Assembly: GCA_047605325.1 (NCBI GenBank)
Contig: JASGFX010000004.1
Coordinates: 14,957-78,956 of the forward strand
Direction of reading: 5' to 3'
From: Solirubrobacterales bacterium
GTDB taxonomy: Bacteria; Actinomycetota; Thermoleophilia; Solirubrobacterales; JACPNS01
Length of the DNA: 64,000 bases
In this document: one piece after another, positions 40,402 to 49,386 of the stretch
Layout: each line of letters starts with the position of its first letter
Position numbering within the stretch: the stretch's first letter is position 1
The notes under the pieces: generated by a model
What the model was told of the DNA's origin: nothing
Database searches by the model: none
The model's input: the letters and a program-made list of their open reading frames with translations, nothing else
Made by a program: the position numbers and the translations under genes

Positions 40402-42384
40402 TCAGCTGAACTCGAGCGCGAGTCGGCCGCCCGGCACGCCAGGCGGCTGCTCGGCGACCGCCGCCGTAGCGAGATCCGCCGCCGTCATGCCTTCGCTCCA
40501 AAGCGCGCCGCCGTAGCGGAAGGCGATCACCGCACCGCGCTCGGAGTAGCGCTCGTCGTCGGTCAGCTCCCGCACCGAGTCGATGCAGCGCGCGGCGACA
40601 TCGTCGACGTGCTGGCGGTGGTGCGCGCGGATGATCACCGCGTACTCGTCACTGCCGATCCGGTAGACCTCTCCGGTGCCGCTGGCCGCATCGCGCAGCG
40701 CCCCAGCGATCTCGAGCAGCAGGAGCTCGATTCCTGCGTGTCCGAGCCGGAGGCGCAGATTCTGGAAGTCAGCGATGTCGAGTGCGATCACGGCCGGCGG
40801 ACCGTCGAGCTTCTCGGCGCGCCCCTGCGAGCCGCCCGAACCGCGAGGAATCATCGCGATCAGGTCGCGCTCGAACGCCCGGCGATTCTTCAGTCCGGTC
40901 TGTTGGTCGACCAGCGAGAGTTCTGCCGCACGACGCTCGGAAAGCGTGAGCCTGCGGCTGTTGCGCTGGACCGTGTCGGCGATCACCGCGATAGTCACGA
41001 GGATCGTCAGCGCCCTCGTCTGGTCGGCCGACGAGACCCCTCCGGCCACCGCGACGGCGGCAACGAGCGAGACTCCGGTCGCAAGCGTCGCCAGCAGCGT
41101 CTCGCCACGCGAGCCGAACGTCGCGAAGTAGGTCACCGACAGGATCGCCAGGGAGATCAGCACGCTCGAGGCGCCCCCCGTGAGACCGATCACGATGCCC
41201 AGCAGCAGTGCCGCGCCGAGCGCGACCAGCGTGCCGGTCGGAGCGCTGACGCTCGCGATCGAGACCGATCGCGCACTCTCGCGCGACTCGTCGAGCAGTT
41301 CGCGCAGATGGTCGGCACGTTCGGCCGCCGTCTGCGCCTGACCCGCCGCAACCGGCGCCATGTCGGTGAAGTCTTCGGCCGCGTCGTCGGCCTCGGAGAT
41401 CAACTCCGCGAGCTCGACGCCCTGCCCGCAGGCGCAGCCGACGCTGGCCGCGACGGCGTCCCCGGCCGTGTGATTGGCGATCTCGAGCCGTTCGTGGAAT
41501 CGCGCACGCCAGCGCTCGGCGCCGGCCGCATCGGAGCCGGGCAACACCACCGCGAACTCGACTCCGCCGACACGCGCGACCTGGTCGACATCGAGGCTTG
41601 AAGCTCGCATCGCGGCAGTCACCCGCCGCAGCGCCTCGTCTCCCGCAAGGTGTCCCATCGCGCGATTTATCTCGTCGATCCCGTCGACGCGTACGTAGGC
41701 GACTGCGTAGGGCGAGCCTGCCTGTACGAGGGCGGCGGCGTACTCGTCGAGCGCGCGCCGGTTGGCGGCTCCCGTCAGCGGATCGAGGTAGGCCAGCTTG
41801 CGCGCGCGAAGCTCGGCGTTCACGGCGGAGACGCGCTTGAGCGCGATCAGCGCCGCCGAGATCGCCCAGACGACCACCGCGATCACGATCGCCGGGATGA
41901 AATTGTCGTCGACGGCGTCTGCCCAGTCGTAGGCGATCGGCGCGAGCGCGCAGAGGCACGCGAGCACGATCAGCGCCAGACGCATCGCGGCGCGCTCGAC
42001 GAAGGCCGCCACGAAGACGACCAGCACGGCGTAGAAGTAGACGTACGGACTGCTGGCGCCCCCACTGGCGACCACGAGAGCAAGCGCTGCCAGGGATGTA
42101 GCGGCGTTCATCGCGACCTCGAGATTCAGAGCCTTGTGCACCTCGAGCCGCGGAAAGACCCAGAACCACAGACTCAGCGCGACGATCGCAGTGCAGAACA
42201 GCGCCGCGAAGGCACCCCAGCCGATCGCGTTGACACCGGTGATCTGAGCCACGCAAACGACGACGACAGCGATCAACCAGTCGCGCATACCGACCAGGCG
42301 ACGTAGGTCCATGTCGAAGACGCGCTCAAGGCGCAGCGTCAGGAATCCGTCCCCGCGCTCGGCAGTCGTTTCCGGTGCCATCAC
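40402..42384 (-). CDS. membrane protein with two GGDEF-type domains, both with degenerate signatures
   Basis: 660 aa with two blocks of TM helices, each followed by a GGDEF fold (DPLTGAANRRAL..GGVEF and DQQTGLKNRRAF..GSDEY). Confidence 0.8.
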   Translation of the reverse strand: MMAPETTAERGDGFLTLRLERVFDMDLRRLVGMRDWLIAVVVVCVAQITGVNAIGWGAFAALFCTAIVALSLWFWVFPRLEVHKALNLEVAMNAATSLAALALVVASGGASSPYVYFYAVLVVFVAAFVERAAMRLALIVLACLCALAPIAYDWADAVDDNFIPAIVIAVVVWAISAALIALKRVSAVNAELRARKLAYLDPLTGAANRRALDEYAAALVQAGSPYAVAYVRVDGIDEINRAMGHLAGDEALRRVTAAMRASSLDVDQVARVGGVEFAVVLPGSDAAGAERWRARFHERLEIANHTAGDAVAASVGCACGQGVELAELISEADDAAEDFTDMAPVAAGQAQTAAERADHLRELLDESRESARSVSIASVSAPTGTLVALGAALLLGIVIGLTGGASSVLISLAILSVTYFATFGSRGETLLATLATGVSLVAAVAVAGGVSSADQTRALTILVTIAVIADTVQRNSRRLTLSERRAAELSLVDQQTGLKNRRAFERDLIAMIPRGSGGSQGRAEKLDGPPAVIALDIADFQNLRLRLGHAGIELLLLEIAGALRDAASGTGEVYRIGSDEYAVIIRAHHRQHVDDVAARCIDSVRELTDDERYSERGAVIAFRYGGALWSEGMTAADLATAAVAEQPPGVPGGRLALEFS

Positions 42385-42429
42385 AAATAGGTATAGCGGT
42401 AGACGCTCAGGTACGCAACAAATCGCAAG

Positions 42430-42459
42430 AAAAAGGGCCCCGCCGCGAGGCAGGGCCCT
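42430..42459 (-). terminator. intrinsic terminator downstream of the sigma factor gene
   Basis: The minus strand reads GGGCCCTGCC-tcgc-GGCGGGGCCC followed by TTTTT, a 10-bp stem with one G-U pair. Confidence 0.7.
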
Positions 42460-42556
42460 GATTCAGACTTCGTTTGAAGCGAGTGCCTAGGCGGCGCATG
42501 GCCGCGCCGCTTGCGGTGCGGCCAATCGGGCACAGAGCGCTTTGCGTTTCGCGCCG

Positions 42557-43615
42557 CTAGGCGGCGCGCAACGCTACTGCCTCCGGGTCCTGCGCGAGGC
42601 GCTTGAGTGCGGCGTTCTCGATCTCACGGACGCGGGCGGCAGTCATGCCAGAACCGCGCGCGATCGCCTCGGCGGTGCGGGGCTCGCCGCCAGCCAGGCC
42701 GTAACGCTCGGCGAGCACGTGGCGCTCGTCCGGTGAGAGGCGGGAAAGCAGGCGCGTGATCTTGCGCTGACGCTCAGCCTCGACCGCGAACTCCTCCGGA
42801 GTGATGGTGTCTTCGTCTTCGAGGAAGTCACCGAATTCCGAATCGCCCTCACCAACGGGCAGAGAAAGCGAAGTCGGCTTGAGCGCGGCAAGCTTGACGC
42901 GCTCGACCTCCTCGATCTCCATGTCGGTCGCCTCGGCGATCTCGGCGTCGGTGGGCTCGCGGGCGAGCTCGACGGCGAGACGACGGGTGGCCTTCTGGAT
43001 CTTGGCCAGCTGCTGCGCGACGTGAACCGGGAGACGCACGGTGCGGCCCTGGTTCTGGGTCGCGCGCTGCATCGACTGGCGGATCCACCATGTCGCGTAG
43101 GTGGAGAACTTGAAGCCCTTGCGCCAGTCGAACTTCTCGGCCGCGCGGTTGAGGCCGATGACGCCCTCCTGGATCAGGTCGCCGAACTCAAGACCCTGGT
43201 CGCGGTACTTGCCCGCGAGCTTGATCACGAGCTTCATGTTGTTCTCGATCAGCTGACGCTTGGCGACTTCGTCGCCGCGCTCGATGCGCTTGGCCAGGGT
43301 GACCTCCTGCTCGCGCGTGAGGATCTTGTGGCGGCTGGCGCGGTTGATGAAGTGACGGGTGAGGTCGCTCGGCAGCTCGGCGGAAACGGCGTGGTCGCTC
43401 AGCGCGCGCTTCTCGATCGCGGTCGCCTCGTCGTCTTCGCCCTTGATGATCGTGACATCGGCTTCGACCAGACGCGAGCGGACGTCGTCGAGCATGACCT
43501 CTTCGAGCTCGTGAACTTCAGCGAGCTCGAGCAGGCGCTCTTCGGTGACCGACTCGGCCTCGAGCAGTGCCCCGATCTCGGGAATCTCAAAAATGTCCTG
43601 CGTGAATGTTGCCAA
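42557..43615 (-). CDS. RNA polymerase sigma-70 family factor (RpoD/SigA-like, group 1 or 2)
   Basis: 352 aa. Region 2 (DLIQEGVIGLNRAAEKFDWRKGFKFSTYATWWIRQSMQRA) and region 4 (TAEAIARGSGMTAARVREIENAALKRL) are present. Apparent TTG start. Confidence 0.9.
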   Translation of the reverse strand: MATFTQDIFEIPEIGALLEAESVTEERLLELAEVHELEEVMLDDVRSRLVEADVTIIKGEDDEATAIEKRALSDHAVSAELPSDLTRHFINRASRHKILTREQEVTLAKRIERGDEVAKRQLIENNMKLVIKLAGKYRDQGLEFGDLIQEGVIGLNRAAEKFDWRKGFKFSTYATWWIRQSMQRATQNQGRTVRLPVHVAQQLAKIQKATRRLAVELAREPTDAEIAEATDMEIEEVERVKLAALKPTSLSLPVGEGDSEFGDFLEDEDTITPEEFAVEAERQRKITRLLSRLSPDERHVLAERYGLAGGEPRTAEAIARGSGMTAARVREIENAALKRLAQDPEAVALRAA

Positions 43616-44084
43616 TGTGTGCCTTGCTTTGTTGGGGATCTCTGCTGCTTTTACAGCCTGCGGCGCATGCGCGCCTGCCTCTTGAAAGGTCTGAGCCCTT
43701 GTGGGAGGCCCTGTACTGCGTATGAAGATGGTTGGCGCTCGGGAGGGGGATGGGGGCTCGGGCGCCGGATGGGGTTTGTTACTAAATGTTACAAGCTGCG
43801 TCTGACGGATGTCTCACTTCGTGAGGAGACTTCAACCTACCTGTTTCCTGCGTTTTTTGCGGCGACCTCACGCGGGGAACGAGTCAACCCACGCTTTGTC
43901 ACCTGAGCCGATCTCGGCCGCCGTGCGGTCCAAGTACGACCGTTCGCACTATAAGGAAAGATCCGGTCAATTGCAAGCCCAAATTGGGTATTGCCAGCCG
44001 GTTTTCAGCCTTTCGCCTATTGCACGTACCAATAACAACGGCATTCGGCGGAAAATGTTTCGCTTCCTGCGCTTTTCTGGACGG

Positions 44085-44756
44085 TTATGCGACTGTTGAT
44101 GAGTGAGCCCGCTCACTCGCGGGCTCCGGCCACTCCAGCGAGTCGCGCTGTTTGAGGCGCGCGAGCATGCGGATCAGCAGCGGCCCGGCGAGCATGTAGA
44201 AGCCGAAATTGGCGACCGCGTGAGCGATGTCGAAGGGCGCGGACGTGGTGGTCTGGATCCAGAAGCTCGTCTCGATGTCCGAACTAGCAAGATTGACAGC
44301 CGAGCCGAAGTTCACGACCACGCCGTAAGCCAGACCAGCCAGCGCGCAACAGAGCGCCATCGGGACGCGCCGGCGCGCGCTCGATCCGGCGCCGACGCCC
44401 GCACGCGCCAGCAGCGCACCGAACAATCCGCAGAGCCCCCAGGCGAGCATCTGCCACGGGGTCCACGGACCCTGCGCGAAATAGAAGTTCGAGACGAGCG
44501 CGGTCAGCACTCCGACCATCCAGCCCGGCGCGAAGCCGAGTGCGAAGCCGGCGATGATCACGATGTCGGTCGTCGGCTTGACACTCGGGAACGGCGCAAA
44601 CAACACCCGTCCGATCACTGCGAACGCAACCATCGCCGCGACCGTCGCGACGATCCGCGCATGCGGCCGGGTCTGTTCGAACCAGACGAAGCCGGCCCCG
44701 ATCACCGTGACGAGCAGCGCCGCACTGCCGAGTTGCCAGAGTTCGCCGCTGGTCAT
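44085..44756 (-). CDS. ECF transporter S (substrate-capture) component-like membrane protein
   Basis: 223 aa with about 6 predicted TM helices. Last gene of the riboswitch-controlled ECF operon. The start overlaps the ATPase stop (ATGA). Confidence 0.6.
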   Translation of the reverse strand: MTSGELWQLGSAALLVTVIGAGFVWFEQTRPHARIVATVAAMVAFAVIGRVLFAPFPSVKPTTDIVIIAGFALGFAPGWMVGVLTALVSNFYFAQGPWTPWQMLAWGLCGLFGALLARAGVGAGSSARRRVPMALCCALAGLAYGVVVNFGSAVNLASSDIETSFWIQTTTSAPFDIAHAVANFGFYMLAGPLLIRMLARLKQRDSLEWPEPASERAHSSTVA

Positions 44757-46333
44757 GCGCCGTCCTCGCCGAGCAACTCTGCGCCCTCGGCCGGCGTCAG
44801 CGCTCCGGACCCTTCGAGCAGCCGCGCAGTCGCCGTTGCGTAGTGCCAGCCGCCGCCGAGCACGTCGCGCGCGGCGCCGTCTGCAGCCACCCGGCCCTCG
44901 CCGAGGACGATCGCGCGCCGGGCGAAGCGCGCCGCGAATTCAAGGTCGTGCGTGGCGACGAGCACGGATGTGCCTTCGGCCCCGATCTCGCGCAGCAGCT
45001 CAGCCAGCGTGAGCTTTCTCGCCTGATCCATCCCTCTCGTCGGCTCATCGAGCAGGAGCACCGCCGGTCGCTCCTGCATCACGATCGCGAGCGCCAGCCG
45101 TTGGCGTTCGCCGCCAGAGAGGTCGCGCGGATCGCGGTCCGCCATTGCGCCGAGCCCAAACCGTTCGAGCGCGTCGCTCGGCGCTTCATCCCCCACGCGT
45201 TCGTGGATCAGGTAGTCGTTCGGGTTCTGCAGCAACAGCGCGACCTCCCCCGCACGCTCGATCTTCCCGCGGTCGGCCCCGAGCACGCCGTGCGCGATCC
45301 GCAACAGCGTCGACTTGCCGGAGCCGTTCGCGCCGAGCAGCACCGCGCACTCGCCCGCCGCCAGCGTGAGATCAACATCTTCGAGTGCCGGATGCCCCGA
45401 TCCGGAATAAGTCTTGGCGACGCCCCTCAGACGGAGCGCCTGCGGACGCTCGGCGCGGTCGGTGTTTTCGGTCCGGCGGCGCACTTCGATCCCCGGAAGC
45501 ACGCTCCGCGCCTCCTTCGCCGACAGCGGCAACGGAGCGATCTCGGCGCGCCAGAACAGTTCGGCTAGCGGCGGGAGCAGGTGCTCGAGCCGCGGATCAG
45601 CGGCGGCGAGTGCAAGAAACTCCCGCGGCGGAGCGTCGATCGCGACCCGTCCGCCTTCGAACACGACCACCCGGTCGGCAACCTCGAGGGCACGTTCGAT
45701 GCGGTGGTCGGCGAGGACGATCGTCGTGCCGAGGTCGGTATTCAGACGTCGGAGCGTCGCGATCAGCTCGTCGGCCGCGACGGGATCGAGCTGAGAACTC
45801 GGCTCATCGAGCACGAGCAACTGCGGACGTGGCGCAATCGCAGCGGCGAGCGCGACACGCTGGAGCTCGCCGCCGGAGAGCTCGTCGGTGCGACGGGAGA
45901 GCAGCCGTTCGATCCCGAGCGCGGCTGCGGCCTCCTCCACCCCGAGCGCGACCTGTCCGGAGTCCCAGCCGAGATTCTCAAGCGGAAACGCAATCTCGGC
46001 GCGCACGCTGTCCATCACGATCTGTGCCTCGGGGTCTTGGAGCAGCGTGCCGCAGACGGCGGCGAGCTCGCCCGCATGGTGGTCGCGAAGTGCCAGTCCG
46101 CAGATCTCGGCGTCGCCGGTCGCTGCGCCGCCGAAGTGATGTGGCACCAGCCCGCTCAAGGCACGCAGAAAGGTCGACTTGCCTCCGCCCGAGTCGCCGC
46201 AGACGAGCACGTACTCGCCGCGTCGGGCGCCCAGCGACAACTCGCTGACGGCGTCGACCTCCGAGCCGGGATAGCGATAGCCGAACGCGCTGAAGGCGAA
46301 GGCCTGCGATCGCAGCGACGAGGCGACGCTCAC
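44753..46333 (-). CDS. ECF/ABC transporter ATPase with duplicated ATP-binding cassettes (EcfA-EcfA' fusion)
   Basis: Track ORF 44753-47131 trimmed to the GTG at 46333, which overlaps the T-component stop (GTGA). Two Walker A sites (GDSGGGKST, GANGSGKST) and two signature motifs (LSGGELQR, LSGGERQR) are present. Confidence 0.88.
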   Translation of the reverse strand: MSVASSLRSQAFAFSAFGYRYPGSEVDAVSELSLGARRGEYVLVCGDSGGGKSTFLRALSGLVPHHFGGAATGDAEICGLALRDHHAGELAAVCGTLLQDPEAQIVMDSVRAEIAFPLENLGWDSGQVALGVEEAAAALGIERLLSRRTDELSGGELQRVALAAAIAPRPQLLVLDEPSSQLDPVAADELIATLRRLNTDLGTTIVLADHRIERALEVADRVVVFEGGRVAIDAPPREFLALAAADPRLEHLLPPLAELFWRAEIAPLPLSAKEARSVLPGIEVRRRTENTDRAERPQALRLRGVAKTYSGSGHPALEDVDLTLAAGECAVLLGANGSGKSTLLRIAHGVLGADRGKIERAGEVALLLQNPNDYLIHERVGDEAPSDALERFGLGAMADRDPRDLSGGERQRLALAIVMQERPAVLLLDEPTRGMDQARKLTLAELLREIGAEGTSVLVATHDLEFAARFARRAIVLGEGRVAADGAARDVLGGGWHYATATARLLEGSGALTPAEGAELLGEDGA

Positions 46334-47229
46334 GCGTCCACCCTCCGAGCAATCCCCGGGATCGCAGCGGCCAGAAAGATCATCGCGGCGAACGCAAAGT
46401 CCTGCGCGCCGAGCGCGATCACAGTTCGCGGGTACGGCGTGAAGGCCGCGAGTCCGGCTGCCTCTCCGCCGATCGTGAGCAGAGCGACGAGCAGCGCGGC
46501 GAGGATCAGCAACCAGTCCGCGGCGCGCCTTCGTGCCGGGGCCACCCGCAGCGGACGCGCGAGCGCAAAGCCGCGTGTCTCGAGCGCAAGGGCCGAATCG
46601 CCGGCGCGCTCGAGCGATCTGGCGAACGCCGCGCGCACGATCGTCGCCGTACCGGGGGGCTCGCCGGGACGGCATGCCCGCGCGACGGCGAGGTTCGCCC
46701 CATCCCGCGCGAGCGTCGGCACGAACCTGACGGCGAGCGACGCCGTGATCGCCGATCTGACCGAATAGCGACGTAGCACGCGCAGCAGTACATCGGGGCT
46801 GACGCAGGCGACGTAGAGCGCGCAGATCGCGAAGATTGCCGAGGTACGCAGGCCGAGGATCAATCCATACACAACCGCCTCCTGCGTGACATCGAAGGTG
46901 CCGAGCAGCGGAAGGCGGATCCCGGCGATCAGAACGGTGACCCCCTGCTGCGAGGCGATCGGATTGACCAGGGCGATGGCAACCGAGAGCGGAAGCGAAA
47001 ACGCCAGGGCGAGGCCGAGTTCCGAGAGCACGCGGCAACGCCAGGCGAGCACCACGACCGCAAGCATCACCGCGACGAGCACGAGCGGGTTCATGAACAG
47101 GGCGACGGCGAGACCCAGAGAGACGCACCAAGCGACGACCGTCGTCGCTCGCGCCTGTTGCAGCGGTCCCCCCCGGTCGCGGTAGCCGAAACTCAGCAGC
47201 TTGACTGCCGTGTCGGCCGCGCGGCTCAC
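46330..47229 (-). CDS. ECF transporter transmembrane T component (CbiQ/EcfT family)
   Basis: 299 aa polytopic protein with the conserved coupling-helix A-x-x-x-R-G pattern (ALETRGF). GTG start overlaps the preceding stop. Confidence 0.75.
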   Translation of the reverse strand: MSRAADTAVKLLSFGYRDRGGPLQQARATTVVAWCVSLGLAVALFMNPLVLVAVMLAVVVLAWRCRVLSELGLALAFSLPLSVAIALVNPIASQQGVTVLIAGIRLPLLGTFDVTQEAVVYGLILGLRTSAIFAICALYVACVSPDVLLRVLRRYSVRSAITASLAVRFVPTLARDGANLAVARACRPGEPPGTATIVRAAFARSLERAGDSALALETRGFALARPLRVAPARRRAADWLLILAALLVALLTIGGEAAGLAAFTPYPRTVIALGAQDFAFAAMIFLAAAIPGIARRVDA

Positions 47230-48101
47230 TCGCCCGCGCCCTCCGGGAGCGGATCTGAGCCAGACGGACTGGTGAGGAGGGCGAAGCGGTTCTTCAGCTT
47301 CTCGGCGCCACCGTCGAGCAGCCTGGCGGCGCTCTCGACCCCGGCGTCATCGACGCCGGTCACCACCCAGACCACGTTCTTGCCGTCCTGGGCGAACGGT
47401 GCGAGCAGACCGGCCTTCGATTTGAGCGCCCTGCCCTCGGAGCCGTCGGCCGAGAACGGCGTGAGCTTGCCGCCGCTCGATGAGAACTGCGCGAACGCGC
47501 CGTTTGTCTCGCCGTCACTCGTCAGATCGGGCACGCCGTCAAAGCCTTGGATGTCGGACCAAGTGCCGACGACCACGCGCGCGCTCCCCTTCGAGTTCAC
47601 GGCGATCCCGCTCTCGACGAGTCCTTCGCGCGTGACGCGGCAGGCCTGCGACCGCTCGGGCGCGCAGATCAGCCGGACTCCGCCTGTCTTCAGCGGCTGC
47701 GGATACGCGCCGACGATTGCACCGCCGGTGCGAATCGTCTGCCACGCGTGGAAGTCCCACTGCACGGTCTGGCCGGCCTTCAGTCGCTCCGAACTCGCAG
47801 CGTTGGTCGACTCGATTCCGTTCACGTAGTAGAGCCAGGACGAATCGCCGTCCTCTTTGAGACCTTCGATCGAGTCGACGTAGCGACCTCCGTACGAGGT
47901 GGTCGCGGTGTGGACGCTCTGGAGCTGCCGCATCGCCGTCAGACCTGAAGTCGCGTCGACCTCCGTGGCCGTTGCCACCACCTTCGCGCCGAAATCGCGC
48001 GTGACGACGACGTGCGTCGCCGGGCCCGACGAACCCGAGCCGCAACCCGCGCCGAGCGCGGCGCAGGTTGCGATCAGGACGAATGCGGAAGCGAGCTTCA
48101 T
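47226..48101 (-). CDS. DUF4430 (transcobalamin-like C-terminal domain) lipoprotein
   Basis: 291 aa. Lipobox LGAGC follows a signal peptide. DUF4430-like core is SSWLYYVNGIESTNAASSERLKAGQTVQWDFHAW. Confidence 0.7.
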   Translation of the reverse strand: MKLASAFVLIATCAALGAGCGSGSSGPATHVVVTRDFGAKVVATATEVDATSGLTAMRQLQSVHTATTSYGGRYVDSIEGLKEDGDSSWLYYVNGIESTNAASSERLKAGQTVQWDFHAWQTIRTGGAIVGAYPQPLKTGGVRLICAPERSQACRVTREGLVESGIAVNSKGSARVVVGTWSDIQGFDGVPDLTSDGETNGAFAQFSSSGGKLTPFSADGSEGRALKSKAGLLAPFAQDGKNVVWVVTGVDDAGVESAARLLDGGAEKLKNRFALLTSPSGSDPLPEGAGE

Positions 48102-48105
48102 CGTC

Positions 48106-49119
48106 TTACTGACGGCCGATCCGGTTGGCGTCTCGGATGCACTTCACACGCGAGCCGCTCCCCGAGTTCGGGTAGAGCTTGACGCACTTCTCGCGGGCGG
48201 CGATGCGCTTCTGCTTCGCCGTGAGCGTGCGACCCAGCTGGTTCGCCGCGCGGATGCATGACTTGTATTCGTCACTGCTGCGCGACTTGATGTTCTGGCG
48301 GCAGGCGGCACGAGCTGCGATGCGCCGTTGCTTGTTGATCTGCTTCTGGGTGACCGGAGCCACCGGCGTGGTGTTCGCGTCTTCAGCGATCGTGATCCAC
48401 CTCGAACCGCGCAGGGCGCCGGACTTGTTGGCGCTCACGAGGTACCTGCCCGCAGCGGGGAACGTGATCTGGAAGCTGCCGTCAGAGGCGCTGGTTGTGC
48501 TCGATGCGCCGCCGGTCACGCTCACTCCGCTGCCGGCCGACTTGGTGTCGTCGGCGGTGTTGTAGGAGTCGACGTAACCAGTGATCGTCTGCCCCGGCTT
48601 CGCCGTGGCTGGAAGGTTCAGCTCGAGGCTTGCGGTGTAGTAGCCATAGGACGGGCTGAAGAACAGCACGACACTGTCGTTGTTGCTCAGCGGGTCGGTC
48701 GCGAGCACGTATCCGTTGGGTGAAGTCGAGTCCTGCTGGTTGATGCGCACGAGCCAGCCGCCGTTTGAATCGGTGGACGCCTCGCCGTCGACGTTGCAGA
48801 CCAGCGTGCCCCAGCTGTAGAACGTGCCGCTGGTGCCGACCTTGTCGCCGCCGAGGGCCGCTGCGGCCGCGGTGATCGTGTTCGGATTCGCAAAGACCGA
48901 CGCAGTCCCGTTCGAGCGGCAGTTCGGCTGGTCGGCCGCCGCCGCGACGCTGCCGGCGGTCGTGTCGACGTCGCCGCTGAAGTAGGTCTTGCTCTGTCCT
49001 TCGATGCGTAGGTGCACGTTGACCGCCGCTGCGGTCGACGCGGCCAAGGCCAGCATCGTGATGGCTGCGATCGCAATCAGTGCGACGCGAAGGTGCAAAG
49101 GCCTCAATGCCTTCGACAT
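48106..49119 (-). CDS. secreted DUF4430-domain protein with Ig-like middle domain and Cys-containing basic C-terminal repeats
   Basis: Trimmed to the ATG at 49119, six nt after AAGGGGA. It has a signal peptide (ALIAIAAITMLALAASTAAA) and a DUF4430-like core (GGWLVRINQQDS..NNDSVVLFFSP). The tail carries a duplicated about-35-aa unit, KQ(R/K)RIAAR..C..(15-18)..C IR.AN..GR. Confidence 0.7.
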   Translation of the reverse strand: MSKALRPLHLRVALIAIAAITMLALAASTAAAVNVHLRIEGQSKTYFSGDVDTTAGSVAAAADQPNCRSNGTASVFANPNTITAAAAALGGDKVGTSGTFYSWGTLVCNVDGEASTDSNGGWLVRINQQDSTSPNGYVLATDPLSNNDSVVLFFSPSYGYYTASLELNLPATAKPGQTITGYVDSYNTADDTKSAGSGVSVTGGASSTTSASDGSFQITFPAAGRYLVSANKSGALRGSRWITIAEDANTTPVAPVTQKQINKQRRIAARAACRQNIKSRSSDEYKSCIRAANQLGRTLTAKQKRIAAREKCVKLYPNSGSGSRVKCIRDANRIGRQ

Positions 49120-49154
49120 GGTCATTCCCCTTTCCACGAGGGATCGATATGTGT

Positions 49155-49355
49155 TGGGAACGGCCGGGAGAGGTTTCCTGGCTGACGGGGACGATTCAGC
49201 GCGCCTTCCCAGCAGTCTCACTGCCAGTGGCTCGACGCCGATGCGAGTTGCGCTTGCGGCGGCGATGCGATGAACACGCCCGATCACAGTGGCGGGTCCG
49301 CGCCGGTTTCACACCGGACTTCCCTCGTCACGACCGAGTGGTAGCGAGGGTAGCG
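49155..49355 (-). promoter_or_regulatory. cobalamin (B12) riboswitch
   Basis: The minus strand reads ..GGTCGTGACGAGGGAAGTCCGGTGTGAAACCGGCGCGGACCCGCCACTGTGATCGGG..GAGCCACTGGCAGTGAGACTGCTGGGAAGGCGCG..CAGCCAGGAAACCTCTC. It contains the conserved AGGGAA/GGTG.AA.CC/CCCGCCACTGT core and the GCCACTG B12 box. It sits directly upstream of the first operon gene. Confidence 0.85.
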
Positions 49356-49386
49356 GTCGCCGGGAGCGTCCGTAGGATCGACAGCG

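Noticed and set aside
42486-42567. 11-nt direct repeat CTAGGCGGCGC, once at the sigma factor stop codon and once about 70 nt downstream
   Set aside because: It is too short and GC-rich to distinguish from chance in this genome, and no flanking structure suggests a duplication or att site.
43741-43760. C-rich tract suggestive of a 6C-type sRNA upstream of the sigma factor gene
   Set aside because: Only one weak 5-bp stem flanks the C-rich loop, and the second C-rich hairpin expected for 6C RNA is not evident. Kept only as part of the long-leader observation.
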